From Bacteroidia bacterium (lineage in GTDB: Bacteria > Bacteroidota > Bacteroidia > Bacteroidales > VadinHA17): a DNA stretch of 64,000 nt. Numbering within the stretch: position 1 is the stretch's first letter; each line of letters begins with the position of its first letter. The position numbers were made by a program, and so were the translations under genes. Where the stretch lies: NCBI GenBank assembly GCA_026391215.1, contig JAPLDX010000058.1:64001-128000 (forward strand), in the 5' to 3' direction. The notes beneath the pieces were generated by a model. The model had not been told where the DNA came from and made no database searches. It saw nothing but the letters and a program-made list of their open reading frames with translations. This document shows positions 47,648 through 56,872 of this stretch, one piece after another.

Positions 47648-47696
47648 GCAATCGTGCTTTGGCAGCCGAAGCCTCGGCGAAGGCTGGCAATCGTGC
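47648..47696. repeat. Mini-hairpin element between GCAATCGTGC direct repeats
   Basis: GCAATCGTGC-tttggCAGCCGAAGCCTCGGCGAAGGCTG-GCAATCGTGC. Confidence 0.65.
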
Positions 47697-47708
47697 AAGT
47701 CTTTAATA

Positions 47709-48299
47709 TTATGTAAGTTTCTCACTGTATATATCCCATTCATACCCCTTATTTTTAGGTATTATTTTAATGTGGTTATCTCCTCTGACCACGGTAGTAA
47801 GGGAAGGTATCTCACCTGAAATGACACATCCGGCGCCGATTGTCACTTCATCACCAATTTTTGTTCCGGGCAGTATAACACAGTTAGCACCAATCCAGAC
47901 ATTATTTCCGATTTCCACACCTTTTACAGGTCCGGTTTTCCGATGGTCGTACTTGTCATGATTTGTTGTTACAATAACCGTATTTGGAGAAATACCTACA
48001 TTATCTCCCAATTTAAGACCACCATATGCATTTATATAGATGCCAATATTATCACCCGGATCACACATGATCCCTTTATTAATAAATCTCCATCCCCGGA
48101 TCTTGCTCCTGAAATCAACAGGCCACGGAACCATACGGTTAAATCCGATTATTTTTTGCATGAAGAAATACTGCCACAATACCCGGTAATGTTTCATATA
48201 GCCAATCCTGGGGCGCCTGTACCGCGGATAAAAGAGCTTTACCAGCCATCTGAATAGTGTCTGATCAAGAAGAAATGCGAAACGCTTTAAAATACTCAT
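47709..48299 (-). CDS. Hexapeptide-repeat (left-handed beta-helix) acyltransferase
   Basis: LGDNVGISPN, NHD, IGNNVWIGANCVILPG..IG....IGAG. Confidence 0.88.
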   Translation of the reverse strand: MSILKRFAFLLDQTLFRWLVKLFYPRYRRPRIGYMKHYRVLWQYFFMQKIIGFNRMVPWPVDFRSKIRGWRFINKGIMCDPGDNIGIYINAYGGLKLGDNVGISPNTVIVTTNHDKYDHRKTGPVKGVEIGNNVWIGANCVILPGTKIGDEVTIGAGCVISGEIPSLTTVVRGDNHIKIIPKNKGYEWDIYSEKLT

Positions 48300-48307
48300 C
48301 TTAAAAC

Positions 48308-49069
48308 TTAATATTCAATTTTAAAATCTTTAAACATCAGGAATTGATCCTGTTTCGGTGCATAAGAAGGATCATCACCACCCATGAAACATGAAAACAA
48401 CAAATGATCTGTTTTCAAGCTTTCCGTTTTGCGGAAGCAGACAGAATTAAGTGCTAAAGCATCAGTCCCGTTGACATTACAAAATACTTTTCCTTCTCCT
48501 GTTTCAGGATTGTTCATTTTAATTGTAAGTAAAATCTTATTCCAGCTTCCTGTATTTAGTGAAATATCTACTCCTTCATGTTTTAAAAATTCCTTGCTGC
48601 CAAATTTATCCTTCATTCCGACATGATACAGATATGCACATATCCTGCCATGCTCTTTAAACATAAATCTTACACTCCACCCATCATAACCATTTGGAAC
48701 CAATCCGCCGGTATTACCGGTTCCACCGGCAAGTCCTGGCAATTTACCACCTTTGACAAAATCAAAGCCATCCTGAAAAAAAACTTTATATGACAAAGCA
48801 GCACTTTCAACTTGTTCTGGAAAAGGTATCTTCCAGTTGCACCCGGTAAAAGGACCTGTCTTACCTTTTGTAAGTATGACTTTTATAACATGCTCATTAT
48901 CAAATAACGCGATTTCAATATTTTCAGCTTTCGGCTGTATATTTAATTTCAATCTCTGTAATCGACCCACAAGGAAACGAGCATCATTTGTCCCAAACAT
49001 CTTTTGCAAGGTCTTTTCACTAATTAATCCAGGTTTACATGATGACATATTGCTTTTGAGCTGTATCAT
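48308..49069 (-). CDS. Polysaccharide lyase family 14-like protein
   Basis: F..GFDFVKGGKLPGLAGG, GWSVRFM, YLYH, FSCFMGG.D. Confidence 0.72.
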   Translation of the reverse strand: MIQLKSNMSSCKPGLISEKTLQKMFGTNDARFLVGRLQRLKLNIQPKAENIEIALFDNEHVIKVILTKGKTGPFTGCNWKIPFPEQVESAALSYKVFFQDGFDFVKGGKLPGLAGGTGNTGGLVPNGYDGWSVRFMFKEHGRICAYLYHVGMKDKFGSKEFLKHEGVDISLNTGSWNKILLTIKMNNPETGEGKVFCNVNGTDALALNSVCFRKTESLKTDHLLFSCFMGGDDPSYAPKQDQFLMFKDFKIEY

Positions 49070-49091
49070 GATAATCGGATTTTATTCTTTA

Positions 49092-49116
49092 CCTGTAACC
49101 TGTAGCCTGTATCCTA
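49092..49116. repeat. 7-bp tandem repeat abutting a stop codon
   Basis: CCTGTAA CCTGTAG CCTGTAT CCTA. Confidence 0.6.
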
Positions 49117-52100
49117 TATTCCCTGCAATAAACTGAATTCTTCCATCAACCCGTAATCCAGCAACTGGTAATCCTTTCCTGCCGGATAGGATTTCACATT
49201 CCGGAAATGCCATGGACCGACAAGCCCGGGAGCCGGATTATTAAAGTGAGGACCAAGAAGATTTTTCAGGCTGCCAATAACTTTTACCTCGACTTTATTA
49301 TCTCCCTGTTTTATAAACTTCGTAATATCGTTTTGATAGGGAGGGAAAGCAATCACTCCTGCCGGCTCATTGTTAACAATAACCTCTGCAATGGTACCTT
49401 CCCAGTTATTAAGACTTACCAGGTATTTACCTTTCAGCTCTTCAATCTTATAATCCTTGCTATAAGTCACACCCTGTGAATAGAACGGCATGCCCTGTTG
49501 CTTCCAGCTGCCGGCTGTCAATTTTTTAACATCTGGCTCAATTATCCATCCTTTATCAGCAGGTTTAACCGAGAAGTTCCCCAGGATATAGACAGGTTCA
49601 ATTTCAGCATGGATCTTCATCGGCGATACTTTCACTGAAACTGTATTATCTCCTTTTCGGACGAGCTTCTCAATATTGAAAACGCCAAGCTCCCTGTCGA
49701 GCCACCACTTGCCCTCTTCTGCTATTACCTCTGTACCGTTTACGGCAACACTCCACAAATAAGGTCTTTCAACAACTGCTTTCATACCTGTGAAATCGAC
49801 ACCGCTTTTAATATTGAAATGATAAGTGGCTGTATATCCGGTATTTGCATCAAACTTATCCCGGTCAACAGTACGTGTTTTGAACTGCACCGAGGTGTTC
49901 CATGGATTACCGTTACTGAATCCGTAGGACTTATAAACCTTGTCAGCAGCATAAAAGGTATGAAGGTCCTTTGTGATCTCGTCACCGATCTGAAGATCAC
50001 AGAACTCAACAGCCAGAACGTTTTCATCATCCCGGATGACCGTCATGTCTGCAGAAGATATTGCATTGAAAGTTCCTTGTTTTTCCGGTATTTCAAAATT
50101 GGTTTTTTTCACATTTGGAATGTACAGAAGAAGGCTTCCGGCGGGGGGAAGATCAAATGAAAGATTAAGATTACCTTCTTCCGGTTTAACCGGATACCCG
50201 TTAATTGCACCGGTGATCGTATTCAGTTCAATTGCATCAGCTCCTTTTGCATTGAGAGATCCTGTCAGGGATTCATCAAGGCTTGAGTTGACCATAAAGA
50301 TTATCTGTCCGTCAGAGAGAGTTCTGCAATGATGGTAAAGTTGTCCACCCTTTAGATCTGAGAAGCTTAAACCCTGGTTCGTAAAATATTTTGAAATTAT
50401 TTCAGGATTCAGGCTGGTTTCAAAATGGATCTTTTCTTTATTCGATTCCAGGAATTTTTCCAGGATTTCATTTTGAGCACCGTCAATTAGGGAAGGCCGG
50501 GAGAAACAAACCAGTTTGCCTCCGCCTGCAACAAGTTTACTTATAAGCTTAAATGTTGCCTTATCAAGATTTTCTGTCATCGGGGGTATCACGACCGTTG
50601 AATAGCTCACCTGTCCGACAATGAATTTTCCGCTCTTTACTGATCCCATATCTTTGATCATATTCTCTGATCCAAGATCATATTCCACCTGGTTCTTTTC
50701 AAGTTGTGTTACGAAGGCCTGAAAAGAGAGTCCGATCTCAGCATATTTTGGATTCCTGGTTGCATAAGAATCGTATAGCCAGGCAGATGTGGTCGGTTCA
50801 AGAATGAGAATATCATTTATCTGTCTTCCAGCCGACAATGACATTGAGAGCCTGGCATAATGATCATTGATATATTTATAATCTTTCAGCCATGGTTCGT
50901 GATAATCGAATGTAGGAGGATAATCATATTTTCTTGCTCCTGCAAAGGAGAAATATGTAAGGTGCTGATTCATCAGGTTTACACCAAGAGCATATTCCCA
51001 GTCGCCGTTGCGTTTCATATCGGTAAAGGTGAGCTCCCAGCCGGAACCTCCGTATGTTTCGCTCATCTTTCTCTGCCTGCCGGTCTGGTTTGCAGCGCTT
51101 GCAAGCTCCTTTACTGACCGTACATTGCCAAATTGTGCTCCGGTTGTAACATCATTAAACTGGTTGAACAGCATGTCAATTGCAGGCATCTGGAACCATG
51201 CATACATTGCCATATTGTCGCCTCCCGGACGCATATTGGGCCATTCATGCTCCCAGTAATGTCCTGTGAACTTCATCCCTTTCTCCTCACAATAAGAATA
51301 ATATGGTTTAGCCCAGCGGTCAATAAACAATTGAAGAAGTGTCTGCGTATAATTGTGACGGACCTTTTTCCAGTCGCCCACCTCCTCATACAGAGAAGGA
51401 AGCTGAGTTCTGAGATCATATCCCCATTTATCCTGGAATACATCGAACAGGTCAGGTGTCCAACGTATTCCACCCGATGAGTTAATCTGTGGCTCATCAG
51501 TAAAAACACCCGGTATAGTTTGTCCGAAATCAGCACCAGCGGATTTTTCATACCCGGTCATGGTCACTTCTAGAAACTTCTCAGTTACACCCGGATAGAG
51601 AAGGTCTACATAAGTGAATCCACCGTACCAGTCACTTTTATTATCGTATGTTTTAGAAAATAGAAAGTAACTGCCATTTTTCCCTTTTTCACCTTCAAAA
51701 GATGATGTGATATTGAGGTAATTTCCATTTTCCTCTTTCAGACACAGATAATATTTGTCAGCAGTATCGGGCAGGATTTCAAATTTTGTCATCTTCAATC
51801 CCTGTCCCTGGTTATATGATTCCGGCATCTGGTCGGGAACATGTCCTCCTGCAAAACCGCTGGGATAGGAGTTTTCGTCATAGATCCAGACTTTCATTCC
51901 CAGCTCTTTTCCCTTATCTACTGTATATTTGAAAAGGTCGAACCATTCTTCAGATAGATACTCCGTGATCAGTCCCGGCCGTGGATGGACAAAGACCTGG
52001 CTGCTCCCGGCATTTTTAAAATCATTCAGGAAATTATCTATCTCCTCCTTTGTGATCTTATAATTCCAGACAAAGAAGGGAGCAGTGGTATACTCGGCTG

Positions 52101-52239
52101 ATGGCACTGTGAATTCTGCCGATAAAGAAGCAAAATCGTTGATCTTTACTTCGTTAACAACATTCTTCTTACAGGATGTAAGAGAGGCAATTGCAGCTGA
52201 TAAGATAAGAATAGCTGATTTGAATTTAATTGATTTCAT
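49114..52239 (-). CDS. GH106-like glycoside hydrolase lipoprotein
   Basis: Lipobox LTSC; PFFVWN, HPRPGL..EYLSEEWF, WIYDENSYPSGFAGG, FTDEP, KELASAANQ.G, SETYG. Confidence 0.82.
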   Translation of the reverse strand: MKSIKFKSAILILSAAIASLTSCKKNVVNEVKINDFASLSAEFTVPSAEYTTAPFFVWNYKITKEEIDNFLNDFKNAGSSQVFVHPRPGLITEYLSEEWFDLFKYTVDKGKELGMKVWIYDENSYPSGFAGGHVPDQMPESYNQGQGLKMTKFEILPDTADKYYLCLKEENGNYLNITSSFEGEKGKNGSYFLFSKTYDNKSDWYGGFTYVDLLYPGVTEKFLEVTMTGYEKSAGADFGQTIPGVFTDEPQINSSGGIRWTPDLFDVFQDKWGYDLRTQLPSLYEEVGDWKKVRHNYTQTLLQLFIDRWAKPYYSYCEEKGMKFTGHYWEHEWPNMRPGGDNMAMYAWFQMPAIDMLFNQFNDVTTGAQFGNVRSVKELASAANQTGRQRKMSETYGGSGWELTFTDMKRNGDWEYALGVNLMNQHLTYFSFAGARKYDYPPTFDYHEPWLKDYKYINDHYARLSMSLSAGRQINDILILEPTTSAWLYDSYATRNPKYAEIGLSFQAFVTQLEKNQVEYDLGSENMIKDMGSVKSGKFIVGQVSYSTVVIPPMTENLDKATFKLISKLVAGGGKLVCFSRPSLIDGAQNEILEKFLESNKEKIHFETSLNPEIISKYFTNQGLSFSDLKGGQLYHHCRTLSDGQIIFMVNSSLDESLTGSLNAKGADAIELNTITGAINGYPVKPEEGNLNLSFDLPPAGSLLLYIPNVKKTNFEIPEKQGTFNAISSADMTVIRDDENVLAVEFCDLQIGDEITKDLHTFYAADKVYKSYGFSNGNPWNTSVQFKTRTVDRDKFDANTGYTATYHFNIKSGVDFTGMKAVVERPYLWSVAVNGTEVIAEEGKWWLDRELGVFNIEKLVRKGDNTVSVKVSPMKIHAEIEPVYILGNFSVKPADKGWIIEPDVKKLTAGSWKQQGMPFYSQGVTYSKDYKIEELKGKYLVSLNNWEGTIAEVIVNNEPAGVIAFPPYQNDITKFIKQGDNKVEVKVIGSLKNLLGPHFNNPAPGLVGPWHFRNVKSYPAGKDYQLLDYGLMEEFSLLQGI

Positions 52240-52295
52240 AGGTTAAACTATTTTGAATTTATTAAGAATCAGGATTATGTGAATGTAAGAAAAAA

Positions 52296-53729
52296 TCAGC
52301 ATACCCGGACGACTTCCATATTAAGTAATTCGCCAAGCTTCTTGATTTTTGAGGCGATATGCCCGACACCTGCTGCGCAGTGATGAGCAGGGCCGTAGCT
52401 GTTCCAGGTGTTGACGAAATTCTTTACTCCAATCGGAAATTTATAACGGCTATTGGTATTGCCTATCTCAAGGATCGGTCCGGGAACAGATTCTCCTTCG
52501 GCGACCAGCAGTATCAGCTTCCCGTCGGTTTTCTGGACAACAGAAAGAAGAGTGATGTCTCCGAGCTTCACCGACATCTCAACTGACAATCCTTTTCCCA
52601 CTTTACCATGATAAACTTCGAGCGGTTTTACTTTCGTTTTTCCCTGTGCTATTGCAATATGTCCCGGGCCGTCATGTCCCATAAGAACAACATCATCTTT
52701 AAAATCAAGTGCATAAAATTCTGTGAATGAGCCTCCTGCCCCAAAGCAATCCATTATCTTCATTGCATGGACATTCTTTATCTCATATTCACCGGCTACA
52801 GGAATCCCCCGTGATGTCAGAAGGGAATTGGCCAGTATGATTGAACTTATAGCATCTTCATTTTCTGTTATGCCTGTGCCACTGTAGAAATAAGCAAGGG
52901 ACCCGAGATTATGGTTTTCAACAAGTTTATCAAGGGCGACGGAGGTCCGTGCGGCCTGTTTCATATCTGCAGGGGAACAACATTTGTCGATTATAAACTT
53001 GCTGTAGAAGAGTTTGACGCGGGCATCAACTTCCTTTGTCGTAACCTTTTTCCTTAAGGCTGAAAGCTCATCTACCTCCACTATTTCGATATGTCCTCCG
53101 AATCCGGCCAGCAGTAATGTGAGATCCGTATAGACATCAAGCATCCCTCCATAATAGTGTCCCATGCACCCAAGCCTGTTATGAGCCATCTTATTTGCCA
53201 CGGATGCCGCTTCGATCCATCCGCCCACTTCTTTCCATACTTCCTGATCACCATGAAGTACACCAGTGATCTGATGGAAAATTATTCCGGCTCTCAGAAA
53301 GACATTTGCGATTTCCGGCACAGGACAGGCGGATACATTTGCCAGCCATTCACCGGTCATTTTTGTCCTGTCATTCAGCTTGTTGAAGGTTTTATAATCG
53401 ATAGCTTTTTCCGGTGCAAGATTTAAAATGATGACAGGGACCTTTACTCTCTGAACTACGGGAAGAACAGTTGATGATAGAGCATATGTTGTAACATATA
53501 GAAAAATAATATCAACATCAGCCCGGCGGAATTTATGGCCAGCTTCAACAGCCTTTACAGGATTGTCGATAAGCCCCAGGTTAACTATTTCAGCATCAAA
53601 TGAATGCATTTTTTTTTCCACTTCAGCTAAATATCCCTCAAGACGCTCTTTCAGTCCTTTGAACTGGGGCCAGTATGCATCGAGGCCTATGCCGAAAAGG
53701 CCGATCTTTAAATTGTATGATTGTTTCAT
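52296..53729 (-). CDS. L-fucose/L-arabinose isomerase family protein
   Basis: YWPQF, ACPVPE, GEYE, FTE, GHDGPGH, GPAHH. Confidence 0.88.
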   Translation of the reverse strand: MKQSYNLKIGLFGIGLDAYWPQFKGLKERLEGYLAEVEKKMHSFDAEIVNLGLIDNPVKAVEAGHKFRRADVDIIFLYVTTYALSSTVLPVVQRVKVPVIILNLAPEKAIDYKTFNKLNDRTKMTGEWLANVSACPVPEIANVFLRAGIIFHQITGVLHGDQEVWKEVGGWIEAASVANKMAHNRLGCMGHYYGGMLDVYTDLTLLLAGFGGHIEIVEVDELSALRKKVTTKEVDARVKLFYSKFIIDKCCSPADMKQAARTSVALDKLVENHNLGSLAYFYSGTGITENEDAISSIILANSLLTSRGIPVAGEYEIKNVHAMKIMDCFGAGGSFTEFYALDFKDDVVLMGHDGPGHIAIAQGKTKVKPLEVYHGKVGKGLSVEMSVKLGDITLLSVVQKTDGKLILLVAEGESVPGPILEIGNTNSRYKFPIGVKNFVNTWNSYGPAHHCAAGVGHIASKIKKLGELLNMEVVRVC

Positions 53730-53763
53730 AAGTATAGGAATAGCATGATGAAGATAGTCAATT

Positions 53764-53892
53764 TATTCATATGTACTCACCCCCCGGCCCCCTCTCTACT
53801 AAAGCAAAGAGGGGGAGGACATTGGTTTACAACTATTTAGCCCCCTGCCTTGCTTCAGCAGGGAAGGGGGTTGGGGGAAGGGTACATGAATA
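53764..53892. repeat. G/C-rich palindromic intergenic element, copy 4
   Basis: Long outer inverted repeat TATTCAT.TGTAC.CACCCCC / GGGGG..GGGTACATGAATA; arms CCCCCTCT...AGAGGGGG and CCCCCT.CCTTGC.TCAGCAGGG.AGGGGG. Confidence 0.85.
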
Positions 53893-53920
53893 CTTAGAAG
53901 GAGACAGGAGTTTGAGGCAA

Positions 53921-56155
53921 TTAGAGTTTTCCTGAAAACCTCAGGCTATAGCTCCTCTGCGGCTGTATATCTCCCGGCCGACCAATGTACTCGGTGTTTG
54001 TAATATTCTTAACCGCAAGCGAAAGAGTAAACCTGTCATTCAGCTTGTATCCAAACGAACCATCAAGAAGAACATATCCTTTGTTATGACCTTCCCAATA
54101 AGCCGGGAATCCCGGCAGAATAGCTTCACCTGTTGTTTCATCGAGGAAGAAATCATCAATCCTCAGGATCTTTGACTTTACATACAGGTTCAATCCTGAT
54201 TCTAACTTCTTCCATGATGTGTTCAATGATATTTTCCCGGAATGCATCCGCCTGTATTTAAGATATTTGTCCTTATTCTCATTAGTGTATATGTTGAATT
54301 CCACAGGATATATAAATGTATATCCTCCTGATAATGTGGTATTTATTCGGCCGACAGTTCCTGTCAACATAAACTCTGTCTCACCTCCATATACTCTTGA
54401 ATGTTCAATATTGTCAGCCTTAAAGCCTGTAAAGCCATCTATAGTCGCCAACTCGTATTCAATCATATTGGTGTTCTGCGACATAAAAAATGAGACATCA
54501 GCCTGACCGGTTATTTTTCCGAAGCTTATACCCTGCTTGATGCCTGCCTCCGTACTCCAGCCTGATTCGGGATAGATTGTAGGATTAGGGAATATCACCA
54601 CTGATCCCAGGGTTGTGGATGCATGTTTTTCAGCAACGGAAGGAAACCGGTATCCCTGTCCGAATGAAGCCCTGATGAAAGTAAAATCTGCTGCCTGCCA
54701 GTTGATCCCGGCTCTGAACACGGGAACGATCTTATCCTTTATTCCGTCAAGTGAGTTTTGTTCCAGTCTGAAACCTGCTACTGCTTTCAGCTTTTTGACA
54801 GGACGGATTTCCAGTTGCGTATACCCTGCCACGTTAAGACCATCATGGTCGTTGTACATATTAGAAATAACCTTGCTGTAGTTCTCTGAAACACCTGCAG
54901 TGATGTCCATGAAGCCAGTCAGGTAGTACCAGAGCTGGTATTCTGCAAAAAGAGAATATGCGTCGCTGTTGGTCTTTTCACTTTCAGGGAAACGGTTTAA
55001 TGATGTCTGGAACCGCATCCGGAGATCGTGCTTATAGCGGTCGCTTTTTTTCAGGGTAATGTAAGGATCAAGCGCAAAGAACCATCCGTTAAGTTCAATT
55101 GTTGCAGATCCCTGCTGTTTCAGAGCTCCTGTTTCGGCATTCTCCCAGAGAACAAAATCCCTCTTGACCGTATAACCTGAGTTCATATTAAGGCCGTAGG
55201 AGAGCCCTTCGATCTTACCATTGAAATGTTTTGCTTTTAAGCTGAGCCGTCCAAGCTTCTCTCCGTTCAGCCTTCTGTAACCTTCATCAATCAGAATATT
55301 AGCGCTCACCCCGAGATCAGTCTTCCCGAATTTCTGCAAATGGGAGAATGAGACATTTGAAAAGACCCTCGGTGTATCCCACCATACCCAGTTTTTGTTT
55401 CGTGGCTTCCCGAATATGCCTGTTTCTGCATAAAATTGTGTGACAGGGGTATTTGTAGCATCGGCTGTGCGGAAATTAATTATCCCGTTGAGGGCCGACG
55501 ATCCGTATAAAACCGAAGAGGCTCCCTTGATAATTTCAACCTGTGACAGGTTTTCAAGGGGAAGGAACTGCCATTTAATATTCCCGGCATCGGCTGAAAC
55601 CATAGGGAGTCCGTCAATCAGGGCAAGCACCCTGCTGCCAGCGCCATAACTGAATCCGCTGCCTCCCCTTACTGATGCCTGCCCATCCATCACCTCAATC
55701 CCCGGAGTCTTGTTTATAAGCTCCTGCGCATCAGTTATGTGGTTTTCTTCAATAAATGCAGTTTTGATAATATCCATTGATACTGTCAGCTCAGCGATCT
55801 TCTGTTCATTTTTATTTGCGCTGATAACTATCTGATCTATTTCCCGGACCTTCATCTCAAGTGCCACATTCATTTCAACGGTATCATTCTCTATGACAAT
55901 GACTTCCTCAGAAACAGAGCTGTATCCGATAAACTGAAATGATAGATTAAGTTTCCCGGAGGATGTTTTGACAAGGTATAAACCTTCCTGGTCAGTTGTC
56001 GTACCCAGGTTCCTGCCATAAATAACATAAACACCTGCCAGAGGCTCTCCAGTATTTTTGTCTAAGACTTTTCCCCTGACAATTCCGTTAATGTCAGCTG
56101 CATTTAATAGAATTCCGGAAAAAAGCAGTGCAGCAGTGAGGAGGTATCGCATCAC
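53921..56155 (-). CDS. TonB-dependent outer membrane receptor
   Basis: N-terminal CarboxypepD-like domain; plug motifs VRGGSG, LIDG.P, VEIIKGASSVLYGS.A.GIIN; beta-barrel. Confidence 0.93.
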   Translation of the reverse strand: MMRYLLTAALLFSGILLNAADINGIVRGKVLDKNTGEPLAGVYVIYGRNLGTTTDQEGLYLVKTSSGKLNLSFQFIGYSSVSEEVIVIENDTVEMNVALEMKVREIDQIVISANKNEQKIAELTVSMDIIKTAFIEENHITDAQELINKTPGIEVMDGQASVRGGSGFSYGAGSRVLALIDGLPMVSADAGNIKWQFLPLENLSQVEIIKGASSVLYGSSALNGIINFRTADATNTPVTQFYAETGIFGKPRNKNWVWWDTPRVFSNVSFSHLQKFGKTDLGVSANILIDEGYRRLNGEKLGRLSLKAKHFNGKIEGLSYGLNMNSGYTVKRDFVLWENAETGALKQQGSATIELNGWFFALDPYITLKKSDRYKHDLRMRFQTSLNRFPESEKTNSDAYSLFAEYQLWYYLTGFMDITAGVSENYSKVISNMYNDHDGLNVAGYTQLEIRPVKKLKAVAGFRLEQNSLDGIKDKIVPVFRAGINWQAADFTFIRASFGQGYRFPSVAEKHASTTLGSVVIFPNPTIYPESGWSTEAGIKQGISFGKITGQADVSFFMSQNTNMIEYELATIDGFTGFKADNIEHSRVYGGETEFMLTGTVGRINTTLSGGYTFIYPVEFNIYTNENKDKYLKYRRMHSGKISLNTSWKKLESGLNLYVKSKILRIDDFFLDETTGEAILPGFPAYWEGHNKGYVLLDGSFGYKLNDRFTLSLAVKNITNTEYIGRPGDIQPQRSYSLRFSGKL

Positions 56156-56562
56156 TTGGCTTTGAAAGTCATACGGATATTAAAAGGATTGGACTGGTCA
56201 AGAGGATTAGGAACAATGGTTGTTATCTTCAATGAGGTTTTTGTCAGTTCCTTTATATTTGTAACGATTGGGAGCACAAGAGAATCAGCTATTATAGTTA
56301 TCTGTGTTTCTTCAACATTGAATCTCCACGTTCCTTTATAATTTCCAAAATTACCTGTTCCATCCTCCCTGAATTTTGCATCGCCCTTGAATTTTTCAAG
56401 AACACCTCCGGATCCGCTGCCGTCAGCACCATTTGCCAGAAGACTGTCAGTCGCCCATGTCGGTTCTGTCAGCAGCTTGAACCTTTCCGACCTGTCATCC
56501 TTATTGCAGGAGAATACCAGCAAACATGCTGAAATAAATACTAATAATGCGAGATTTTTCAT
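56152..56562 (-). CDS. Lipoprotein, lipocalin-like
   Basis: Lipobox VFSC; LLT..W, F.EDGT, GTW.FN, I.ELT...L.I; translationally coupled to the receptor gene. Confidence 0.7.
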   Translation of the reverse strand: MKNLALLVFISACLLVFSCNKDDRSERFKLLTEPTWATDSLLANGADGSGSGGVLEKFKGDAKFREDGTGNFGNYKGTWRFNVEETQITIIADSLVLPIVTNIKELTKTSLKITTIVPNPLDQSNPFNIRMTFKAK

Positions 56563-56620
56563 AATAATCAGGATTATCGGTTATCTGTACAATCAAAGAT
56601 AAGAAACTTTTTTCTGATCC

Positions 56621-56724
56621 ACCTCATCCCCCCACCCCCTTCTCCCAAGAGAGAAGGGGGAATCAATTGTTATACAATACTTTAACTCCCCTCCCTCCTG
56701 GGGGAGGGGGTTGGGGGGAGAGGT
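56621..56724. repeat. G/C-rich palindromic intergenic element, copy 5
   Basis: ACCTCATCCCCCC...GGGGGGAGAGGT ends; arms CCCCCTTCTC-ccaaga-GAGAAGGGGG and CCCCTCCC-tcctgg-GGGAGGGG, the latter sharing 20 identical bp with copy 3. Confidence 0.88.
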
Positions 56725-56872
56725 CAAGAAGATAGAGAAGAAGCCAGAATCTAAGGCAGAAAAATGCAGAATAAGAAAAGAATGTCCAAAAATCCAAGAT
56801 CTTTCTTTTTTTTGTCTTGAGTTTATATCGTCAATTATGTTTCCTATTTTTGAAAGAACAAACCTCACTATC

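Noticed and set aside
53764-56724. tRNA genes suggested by the cloverleaf-like folds
   Set aside because: No T-loop TTCRA, D-loop or acceptor-stem consensus; the arms are C/G homopolymer runs.
56711-56872. N-terminal 54-aa extension of the GH105 fusion ORF
   Set aside because: It starts inside the palindromic repeat; the -7 promoter box at 56845 and the signal peptide support ATG 56873.
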